Shown in pieces: positions 24,901-33,454 of a DNA stretch of 64,000 nt (positions are counted from its first letter, which is position 1; the number at the start of each line of letters is the position of its first letter). The notes below the pieces were generated by a model, which was not told the DNA's origin, did no database searches, and worked only from the letters and a program-made list of their open reading frames with translations. This stretch comes from Enoplolaimus lenunculus (Eukaryota). The position numbers and the translations under genes were made by a program. Location: NCBI GenBank assembly GCA_030248215.1, contig JASANG010000621.1:1-64000 (forward strand), given 5' to 3'.

Positions 24901-26104
24901 GCTTAGAATCGCATCCAGAATTAACAGCTTTTGCATCATTAGATACTAGAGTAGTAGCTACAACGGCTTTGTTAGGCGGGACTGGTGATAAAGTTGGTAA
25001 ATTTGGGATATTAGGCCGCGCAGGGCGGTTAAAGTTCGATGCCGGAAAATTTGGCCGATAAGTCGACCGTCCAAAATTATTTTGAGTTTGGAGTCTGTTA
25101 TTCCGAGGAAAATTTCCGTTACGTAACAAACAGGCCATTGCTAAATGTCCAACTTTCCCACAATTATAACACTTCGGACCGCGAGGGGAAAAATTTTGAG
25201 CCAAATCGGGACGTGGATTTTGAAAGTTTCGATTTGGTGGGCCCCTATTTGGTGGACCTCGGTATCCGTTAGAAGGTTGGGGTCTGTTCCGTGGCTCAGG
25301 ATGCCTAAAGGTGTTTCTGCGCATGTTCTGTATAAGCTGCTTTTGATTATTTGCCAGCAGCTGGACTCCCCGAGCGAGCGTATGCAAAGTCTGCTTTGGA
25401 GCAGGCACGGACATGTTCAAAGGATCAACGCCTGTCGGTTTTCCACAGAGTAAAGACTGCATATCTAGGCGCTGAGCTAAGTCCTCCGCTTCCTTAAGCG
25501 TTTTTGGCATATCCCGAAAAACTTCTAGCTTAGCTTCAGTTGGAAGTAAACCGCCGAAAAATCTATGTATAACTCTACGGTCAAACGCGGCGTTGTCCAA
25601 ATTAGGATAAACACTTTTACAAGCATTCTTAATACCCTTTAAATAAGCTGCAACACTTTCACCAGGCAGCTGATGTCGCTGCTCAAGCGCTGCTTCATGG
25701 TACATAGTCCACTCAGTGGTTGTCAATTGGGCCTCTAAAGCCGGTACTAAATCAGTAAAACGGCGCTTAGATTGTTCAGGTACTCGCTCATATGCATCCT
25801 TAGCACGATCTTTTAAATAGGCAGGCAACACCTTAAGTTTCATATCATCATCAATTAAACGGGCATTACAATAAGTATTAAAAGTATCAATCCAACTTTT
25901 AAAATCAGACCCGGTTAAATCTCCCCGAAAAAATGTAATTGATAAATCAGGTTCAGTACCCAATCTTACACGTTGGGATATTAAATCAAAATCGTCACTT
26001 AATCCTCTTAAGCCATCATCTACACGATTAGCAAGATCTTTCACAACAGCATCTAGCTGAGCTATGTTCCTAGTTATATTTTCCATGTTTGGGTTTTGTA
26101 ACAC
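18941..26104 (-). CDS. Gag-Env-Pol polyprotein (capsid, CCHC knuckle, class I fusion glycoprotein, protease, RT, RNase H, integrase)
   Basis: In order: CYNCGKVGHLAMAC; hydrophobic WNILLCCVIALIFSL; RNRR/FVPLLLTGL; TM YIAVGLVMLVVGICVIYAW; VIDTGS; YIDD; ETDASG; HHCC zinc motif and DDE core (DVLGPL, ISDNAP, GVVER). No stop or frameshift. First ATG is at 26086 and the frame is open further upstream. Confidence 0.95.
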   Translation of the reverse strand: MLQNPNMENITRNIAQLDAVVKDLANRVDDGLRGLSDDFDLISQRVRLGTEPDLSITFFRGDLTGSDFKSWIDTFNTYCNARLIDDDMKLKVLPAYLKDRAKDAYERVPEQSKRRFTDLVPALEAQLTTTEWTMYHEAALEQRHQLPGESVAAYLKGIKNACKSVYPNLDNAAFDRRVIHRFFGGLLPTEAKLEVFRDMPKTLKEAEDLAQRLDMQSLLCGKPTGVDPLNMSVPAPKQTLHTLARGVQLLANNQKQLIQNMRRNTFRHPEPRNRPQPSNGYRGPPNRGPPNRNFQNPRPDLAQNFSPRGPKCYNCGKVGHLAMACLLRNGNFPRNNRLQTQNNFGRSTYRPNFPASNFNRPARPNIPNLPTLSPVPPNKAVVATTLVSNDAKAVNSGCDSKQEIDRLKKELATLRSQNALLVEKSFPNFVGAIQATHHVAKFTQTEPASLNLNEAVTDKPPVRSNCPRRSSRCKVPPLKPWNILLCCVIALIFSLTGRVDSSLTQTLHQLQPKIFPSVGVGLIPEGLVLTASESIYLPVVVHAGQDRIKPCSPLVFQGGTPTFCNCTGQQRLFSMIKKQALSDLANNYEDTIDSAFYEELMRDMCEKKPFTCSFVTSGRNRRFVPLLLTGLTSIMGTGLGIANSIKLSHLEPKILALQKSVRLLNDEITENSEAIHKLNINQQRVFAITHEIQKYVEQTRITMTCSLTESVTISHFISQSNQFINGVRKVVDALVLASDSGRLSVAILSASQIKKLVKQEPTLRNSVYIHDPGLFYHFVKVYPVLLDIRETKFGIILEIPLIRIKNVLPLMKVINVGFNIPSKQIIARLALPKFVTYARMFSKGYYHEVKSEACDKRIGLWYCGMEALPTSEADSCFRGMRQAVVHNNTCAMEVKQMFAGTHIETTRVGLLLRTSEPTVKLTRTKKLVSSSVIETMRVPERGVMFMPFENFSMLIVGDRVLMSTSRPALNFEISPDVQYNFTLHQDVVPPPVWGSLENVEYQSNLTRTRLKRELLSFTPSADFNLPYSDLLSYIAVGLVMLVVGICVIYAWYGKWFKCLRCCCKSYGQERSTPVEVICTSPETETLELPIHSTVIGPSKFLCSKRKRALQFSTSLSPSHTVAETVLTLGPSLSDIEIYMNDIPVRAVIDTGSNITVMSSETFRKLNKPETSLVPVPATTAVGVTGHALPLKGAIKVQIEIGSKSLPFHVYVSDECAHPAILGVDLLRQFGTISLDYATGIVKLGKMQLKMGYRSSQNVLLPDTTLIPSRSEVLIPCEVKGFGHEGDVYFEPNYKLIQLYGLNTVELILSDADNLVIPLRLLNMSNCPVRLYKGMTVGRIEPLDTCVLPTVLNLQSVSCQPHFDLIADLKLEESEISGIEKSKLIELFLEFNDVFAKHDYDCGTISVVEHSIDTGDAVPIKQRPYRVPFQSKDKVDTELGNMLRYGIIEPSTSPWASPMVVLKKKDGKSLRICIDYRKLNAVTKKDCFPLPNINDLLECIGKAKYFSVMDLISGYWQVPMASDSIEKTAFITPAGLYQFTKMPFGLCNAPATFQRTLEATLRGLVERVCLIYIDDICVFSETFDEHIRRLRLVFERLRDVGLKVKPAKCNFLRKEVPYLGHIISAEGLKPDPKKIEAVEHYPIPNDITGVRGFLGFCSYYRRFIKDFAAIAKPLSQLTSTLKPFKWNSEAEKAFQLLKSKLMSPPILQIADPSKPYILETDASGKAIGAVLSQKDNEGRAHPIAYGSRLLQKAERNYTTTELEALAVVYFMKYFRNYIYGQHVTIITDHSALRWLLTNKNASGRLQRWALALSEYDFNVEHRAGKNMSHVDALSRTEISKLEEGSDEEDIKFAYAVALSETSNKQDLPSTIPFAEKQEQDPEIKALKEYIEFGKNPDDAKLASHFALIQPRYVVKNGVLYHHYPIPKYRPGVLWEQLVVPFSMREELLSAHHDDVVGGQHLGVAKTYQKLLPKYFWDGMYRDVVNWCKACIECSKRKTGPARPKAPLNPIPTTQPNFSYHVDVLGPLPQTYNGNKYVVIFIDRFTKYPEAICTPDQKATTIAKLFMTEVVCRHSAPCELISDNAPNFRSELVDQICKITGTRKVFTTPYRPQTNGVVERINRTLMNMVSQYIDSAQRTWDEFVPFACFAYRVSVNESTRLSPFELVYGRQPRLPIDVALPISNVNYLDEEDCFRDLQLTLKAAWALAKQNIQSAQDHMKFYHDRRAAEPHFFEGQKVLLHVPFQKKGKTKKLGQEWHGLYEIIELVFPDVVLQSITNPKEQHKRVHVERIKPFYGPYVPELRQDETGTCSTKANMDVDIENGLEVDKNPGLSSNHELQYVSNGNDSAMETASSDIDAREQEHQETTAPVPRAMHRYNLRARGSSHFPL

Positions 26105-26296
26105 AAGGTGGGAGTTACTATCGAGGGGTTCAGAAAATTCAGAATCGTCGTCGCTGGATTCTAAGACACCAGTACTGCGTAATTTGTATCGAGCCGTTAT
26201 TTTTACAAAACAAACTGAACGTTCTTTAAAAGGGTAAAGGTTAGCACTCGGACAAAATTTTCGACCAAAGCTCGTTTACCGGTTAAGAAAACTGGT

Positions 26297-26314
26297 ATCT
26301 CGGTGGGACCTCCA
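26297..26314 (-). other. Primer binding site, tRNA-Gln
   Basis: TGGAGGTCCCACCGAGAT lies 2 nt from the 5' LTR end and is complementary to the metazoan tRNA-Gln 3' end (ATCTCGGTGGGACCT-CCA). Confidence 0.88.
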
Positions 26315-26316
26315 AA

Positions 26317-28323
26317 TGTAACACAGCGAACCCAGAAATTCAAATCGATCGGCACTCTGGGGAACGACTTCCTAACTAAGTTCGACGGTTACCAAAGCAA
26401 ACACAAACGGCTAATTCTCTTACAATAAAAATGACACGGTACGCCTACTGAATCAAATCAAGTTGATCTTCCCAAGCCCAAAATTGACTCCGTACACAAT
26501 TCAGAAAACTCCGTATAGCACAGATCGTGCTGACTCAAAATCCACTACGTACTACTGACGCCCCAAAATAAAATAAGAAATGCAAAATTATGGTCCCTTT
26601 ACAGGTGCAATTCCAAATAAATTGCTAAATAATGACTTCTCGGAAATAGTATAGTTCTACTCCAAACACAACGACTCCCCTTAAGTAATCAAGTCAGCCT
26701 AATATCAGAATTTTAGGCCAGGAAATTAAAAAAGAATCAAATAGTTCAACACCACCAATATACACTTCTCGATAATTACCAGTTTCAACTTAGGGTCCAA
26801 AAATATGCGAAGTACTCTTTGCACGAAAAAAATCAAAATTGCGTAACTCTTGCAAAAAAATAAATCAAGTAATTTAATAACTACGGCTTCCTTACGGAGC
26901 AAAGTCGTAGCTGCGCGCAGTTTGCTATAAATCACCAAGGAAGTACCTAAATTTGCTACAATTGTCCCACCAGCAATTTTTTTCAACAAAATTTAACTTA
27001 AGTAGGCAGAAAATTTCTCGCCTACTACGGGCTCCCAAATACTCAAAATATCCTCTACGCGTACTATTCACCAAGTATCCCACGACACAACTTAACGCGC
27101 AACCGTAAATTTTATATAAACACAGGCACCCTAAGTTCAAAACAATTCGCATAAATCGCCGGTACTAATTCTCCGATAAGAAATTGGGCAGCGGTTCGCT
27201 CCCGTACAACTCTGAGCCCCCGAACCCAACCTGTTCTGCGCTTATATATTCGTAAACCGAAAGGTTAATTGAGTTCTAGGAATTTTATGATAAAATTTTA
27301 AATTCTTTCAAAAATGTTGAAAAACCACTAAATTTAACTTAAAAAAGATTTTCTTAAAATTTTCTAACTCAAAATTTTGTTAAAATCGAACAAAAAGCTG
27401 TTTTGTCTTAAAAATTCAGTTTTTAGAAGAAAATTTAAACTTTTAAAATAGCTCAAAAATCTAAAGTATGTTGTTTTGACAGAAGTAATTTATTTTAAAA
27501 ACAAATTTGATCATTCAAATCGCATAAAAAGTTGAAAAAAGTACTATTTTGACGAAAATCCGTAATTTTCAAAACAAAATTTTAGTTAAAAATTTTAAAG
27601 AGTTCTTAGAATCCTAATGTTGTGGCTTCGAATGGTTGTTTCAAGGTTCCTACAATTCTCAGAACTGTCATTCTTTAACTTCTTAAAAAGGGGCTACTCG
27701 ACCACCATTCTGGACTTAGATTACAATTTTATACTACAAAATATTAAATAACATGTCCTAGACTTCTCGCAGTAGTGCATATCCATCAGGAAGCTGATAT
27801 TGATATCCGACTATAGACTAAGCCTGATTTACCCAATACCCCGCTTATTTTTACGCAACTACCACATAATCCGACAAATTCAATTTCTCACATATGTGAG
27901 CATTCATACAATTCGATATTCTACATGAAAGCTAAAGTAATGAGCAATAATTACACTACTTGCCTACACAACACTGCACTTGCAAGTGTTCCAAAGTGCA
28001 CTGGAATAAATATACACACAAACAGATGTATGAACAATTGTTTAAGTCCTTTCAGTAGGTCCAATAGCAATATAACAGCACAAATCTTCCCAATAGCACC
28101 AACCTCAACTGTACACAATAATTAAAACACACGCACATATACAAATGTATAATACATGAACACACTAATTGTATATGTATACACAATATGTATACACATA
28201 TATATTGCACCATACACATCAATAAAATGGGATAAACTTAAAAAATTTCCTCCGACGTTACAAAAAGGGGGTTTTAAAGTCACACCAGGGTATCCTAAAA
28301 ATTCTAAAATCCCCCACGCTACA
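26317..28323 (-). repeat. 5' LTR (2007 bp)
   Basis: Minus strand reads TGTAGCGTGGGGG...GTGTTACA; abuts the PBS; aligns in blocks to 10579-12542. Confidence 0.85.
27200..27250 (-). promoter_or_regulatory. Putative LTR core promoter (TATA box and initiator region)
   Basis: TATATAAG at 27241-27248, mirrored at 11474-11481, followed ~30 nt downstream by GCTCAGAGTTGTACGGG conserved in both LTRs. Confidence 0.6.
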
Positions 28324-29485
28324 ATATACCGTACGGTAATAGCATATTAGCAGTCAAATATTCAATGTTTTCATCTCAGACTCAGCTTTTGTAGTAGCTG
28401 CCTATAAAGCCCACTCTCAACTGTAGTGGACAGCATCACAATTTTGTATGATTACGTGGAAGTTGAAAAGGTTAATAGTAAATTATTTTGCCGGAAAACT
28501 CAAGGGAATGAGCTCGAAAAATTAGCAAATTAGTTGGGTGAATTTTGGGGAGATTTTTGGAAAATTTAAAGGGTTTTGAATAGGAAAACAAAATGCGCGA
28601 GAAAAAATAATCCAGAATACGAGGAATAACAAATATAGGCACAGTGTACTTAAGGCGAAACGACACATTTATAAACTAGTAAAATCGACTTTAATCAAAC
28701 AGACACAAAGTAACTAAGGGCGGGGAACTGTGGTTGCAGGGCAACCGTAAGACTCCTGCATGACAAAGTTAAAATAGAAATTTTAATGTCATGTTTCTTC
28801 AACCCGCCTCATATCATATAAATCAAAAGTAGAATTTGATATTTGAAATTTTAAGTTTATGTTTTCCGGTGTAGCATATAATAACTTGTAACAACTCCCC
28901 TGAAAACTCACTCTTTCAATATTATGTATGTTACGAATACAACGTAACGGCTGTTGTTTATGTTACGGTAGAGTAATGAAAAATGTAAAAACATTTTTTA
29001 GTCAAATTGACATCATGAAGCGCCGAATTTAACTTCGAATATCCTGGTGTTTTTCATATCCGGATGTCCTGTGCCCATCTACGTAATTTATAACTAATTT
29101 TGAGCGTGAAAATAACAAACCTTTCTTTATTTCTATAACGCAAATAGAAACAGAAGCAGATGCCGATTTTTATCAGAAATATACCGTTGACACTTAGAGC
29201 GCAACACTGCCTTCAGCTCTTAAAACTACAAAATCTTAATTCTACAAAATCTAGGCTACCGTGGGTGGCACACACGACCTTTATAATTAACAAAGCAATG
29301 GTCCTATAATTAAGTTATGTACATGAAGTTTTTCCTAACGCCTCCATTAGCAACTTTTATAAATTTTATCGGAATTTACCTTGCTAGGCTATGAGAGATT
29401 TCGACAAATTTTTGTTATAATTATACATACTGTATGGATTTGTTAATACAGGGCAAATGATAAATTTCTATTGTTAAGGTATATA

Positions 29486-32400
29486 ATGCGTAGATCTATT
29501 CTCACAATTCTTCATTTGGTGATGTTGATAGCAGAAACATTAAGCCATGCCGGTCATCATAAACGCCAACAAAAACTGCTCATTGTTTCGTTCGATGGTT
29601 TCAGATGGAATTTGATTGAGGTACTGTTTTAATTGTTTGTAGCTTGCTGTAATCAGCACTTGTTAAATAAATTGCATGAAATTTTGCATACAAAAGTAAG
29701 CGGTCTTCTTGCTTGTTGGTTGTTGGTGTTGGTACTATACGGTCTGCACGACCCCTGTTTGAAGTTTTGCCAAAGTTAATGACCACGCCGGGAATCGAAC
29801 CTCGGCCCTCTTGCGCTCGAGCCAAGCATGCTACCACTACACCACGCAGTCGTTGCAACAACTTCTTATACCGGTATATGTGCACAGGCATGGCAACTTG
29901 TGCTTTACATACACTTACGTGCACATATACCGACATCCCTCTTTTTTACAGGCGGTCGTCTCGGACCGTGAATACAACTACCCGAATCCATGGGCTTGCT
30001 GTTTGCAGTGCCCATCTCGGTGGGACCTCCATGTTGGTACTATACGGTCTGCACGACCCCTGTTTGAAGTTTTGCCAAAGTTAATGACCACGCCGGGAAT
30101 CGAACCTCGGCCCTCTTGCGCTCGAGCCAAGCATGCTACCACTACACCACGCAGTCGTTGCAACAACTTCTTATACCGGTATATGTGCACAGGCATGGCA
30201 ACATTTGCTTTACATACACTTATGTGCACATATACGGACAGTTGGCACCGTTGCTTGCCGTTAGGTATCTATTTTTACGAATACAAATATTGTTTGCAGA
30301 AACTTCCACGTGTCAACAATTTTACGAGATTTGCTCAACATGGAGGCATGATTGCACCAAACGGTATTAAAAATGTGTTCGTAACCAAAACGTTCCCTAG
30401 TCATTACACAATTGCAACTGGTCTGTACGAAGAATCATCTGGAATTGTGGCAAACAGTTTTTGGGACCCAGACTACCGCAAGGTTGTTCATTTACAAAAG
30501 AATTCAGATCAAAATTTAACGCATCTGTTTCTTGGTGAGCCCATTTGGGTGACTTATATTCGTCAAAAGCATCGTCCTTTCGGAGTTGGATGTTATATGT
30601 GGGTCGGGTGCTCGTTTTGGATTAAGGGTAAGTTAGACGTGTTACTCTTATTAGTATCGGTTTTCGATTTTTGTTGTGATGCTATCCACTATGCTTGCTT
30701 GTACTTTGCTACGCCTAGGATTTGTTAATTGGAGTTTTCTGCGGACTAGGGTTCTTTCTTACCACGCTTCTTTAGGAAGCCAAATGGCCGCTCCGCAGTG
30801 CTTAAGCGTAATTGAATTGTTAAGTAAGGACTCAATTTCGCCTAAGCGTAAAGAACGCAATTCTACTAAAGTCCGGGAGATAAAGACGACTCTGCAAACG
30901 CAACAAGGCCTGCGGAGTGAGAGTTAAGAATTAGGAAAATGAGAGCGAAATAGGAGCCCGGACGATCCAGAAAAAGGGAAAGCTAAGGGAGGGTGATTTA
31001 AAAAATAAAAAGTAAAAACCCTGAATTTCAAGGTAAGATGCCACATGTAATTAGCATTTTAACCGTCTAGCTCTAAATTACCAAATGTTAGCAGGATTTT
31101 AAGAGCGATTACAGAGCAAATAATTGTTCAAGCAGGCGGAATCTAACTGCCGTGTTTCTCTGTCTGAAATAAAGCTAATATATAGGTAAAACGATCATTT
31201 GGTTGGTTAATGCGTAAACAAAACATGAGTTTTCTTTTCGTTTAAACTATACACCCAATTGAGGTTTAGCTTTAAAATGTTGGCTGTTGGGCGTATGAAA
31301 TTGGTTTGGCGCTGCTCGAGATATGTTTTATGGTTAAATCATTTTTTATGTCTGTCCATCGTTTTTCTATTTTTAAGGAATTCATCTTAAATTAAGTCCT
31401 CCATACAGCACTATGGTTCCGTGGCATCAAAGGGTTGACACTGTAATTAACTGGTACAACCACAACGGTATTGATCTCGGTTTATTGTATTTTAATGAGC
31501 CTGACAGCACTGAACACGAATATGGGCCAAACTCGCCTGAGGTGACACGCAAAATGATGGAAATTAACAATTATGTTGGGTATTTGTTAGATCAGGTACA
31601 ATTTAGAGCAGTTATAGTAACAGTAATGATTTTGAAATATGGCCATACAAATATTCTATGATTACAGCCGAGCGTATCTTCTGGTTGAGCGAAGCGTTTT
31701 ATGTTTTGTCGTCGTTGGACGAAAGGCGGATGACCGCCCGACGACAATCTCAGCAACAACTGAGCGGATTTTGAGAAACTTTTTGTTTGAAAGCTTATTA
31801 TCCTGCAGTGATTATCTCGCATTGGGGTTTGAAAATTTTAAGCCGTTCATTAGCTACAGGGTAGTATGCATAATTGGTTAAGCCTGAATTTGGAGTTTTT
31901 ACAGTATTTCACTAATTATTAGGGTTAGAAGCAATCTAATTTGACAGTACTTATATACTTATTACTTTGTGTGGTTAATTTTATTGTTTTCAGTTGGAGT
32001 TCTTTGATTTGGATATCAATATTATCATAATGGCAGATCACGGGTTCACAACTATTGCTGGTGTGACAGACATAACAATTGATCCGCGTCTATTTAGCAC
32101 GACTGTAGAGAAGGATGACTTTTGGCATGTAGAGCCGTTGCCAGGTATCTTAGAGTTACTGCTTGAGCTTATCTAGAAGATGAGTGAAACCAAGAGTGGA
32201 TGATGCCCACCACCTTGCAGAAGAGTGTGCAACTGCTTGGGCTGTGCATGGTATTAAATGTACCAGCACGCGTTGCATTTTTGTTCGACCGCCCTCAATC
32301 GGGAGGGGGGGTTAAGCAAGAGATTAACAATAAAGTATGCTTCAGTACACCTCCCCCCTCATTTAAGGGGGGGGTCAACTATGTTGTTTAATCACACTTG

Positions 32401-33421
32401 CGTTTATGACTATATTAACACAATAATTTTACTAAGATATAAAACTGCATACAGACCCCCTAAACAAGGTGGGGGGTAGGCCAAAAGCACAACGCGTGTC
32501 GGGTACATTCTTTAATACATAGAATGTACCCAGTTGCACACTCTTGTTATAAAAAGTGATCATCCACTCTTGGTGAAACTAAGTGTTTGATTCTGTTTTT
32601 TTAATTTGAACACCAAGTCGGTATTGATTGACGGTGCATTTTGTGACGGAATTTTGAACTAATAATGGAAGCGTGCACTGGGTGCAGTGGGCTCCGTAGA
32701 TTTCCTGATTACAACTGAATTGTGTTAAACTACTATTTCTGTTGCTTTTGCAACTTCTGTTGTTAGGGTTTAATGTTTATCAAGTAATGGTCGGCAGCTA
32801 TTTCTAAAATTTTAATACTCGTTTCTCTCATTATTGGCTTGAGCTAAATGATTTTCTATCAGGATTGTAAGCTTTATTTTAAGTTTAGGAAAACTCAACG
32901 AAACTCTCGATTATTTACGTCGAACGCCACACGTAAAAGTTTATGAAAAACCTGAAATCCCGGCCGAATATCATTATTCAAATAGCGACCGTTTGCCAGA
33001 AGTGGTTGTTTTGGCAGATTACGCATGGGTGATTGTTAATTCGAACAAGTGTGAGCTTAAGTTATGACGTATTAATTAAAATCTGAGGTTGCAAGCTGTC
33101 ATGTATTTGCCACACTAGCTAAGGTTGGCTCTGGCTGTGTTACTTCAGATATGAGTTACCAGAGACATAAGTGCATATATCATACCAGAGTCGAAGTTTG
33201 AGGTCGGGTTGAACCCGTCTTGAAATGTATATTTCTATTAAATGTATATAAGTTCTGTTGATGTTTAAGTTTTTGACAACCAGTATTTTTCTTTGAAGCA
33301 ACAGAATAATGATATTATTCTAATCATACGCGAGGCACACACGAATAAAATTTTTTTCATTTTTAAAAATTATCGCACAAATAAATGCAATAACAGTTAT
33401 AATAATATTAATATTAATAAC

Positions 33422-33454
<33 letters not shown>

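Larger units (their letters stand above)
10579..28323 (-). mobile_element. Ty3/Gypsy-type endogenous retrovirus-like element with gag-env-pol, helicase and NADAR genes
   Basis: TG...CA LTRs at 10579-12542 and 26317-28323; PBS and PPT correctly placed; PR-RT-RH-IN domain order; three intact co-oriented ORFs. Confidence 0.93.

Noticed and set aside
15468..25453. Plus-strand ORFs overlapping the helicase and polyprotein
   Set aside because: Short antisense shadows of long coding frames with no recognisable motifs.
29781..29851. Functional tRNA gene with CGA anticodon
   Set aside because: T-stem and anticodon stem have mismatches, there is no long variable arm expected for Ser, and it is duplicated as part of LTRs; treated as tRNA-derived.
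29811..30728. 305-aa ORF as a single gene
   Set aside because: The first half is TRIM sequence in an intron; only 30300-30627 is an ENPP exon.
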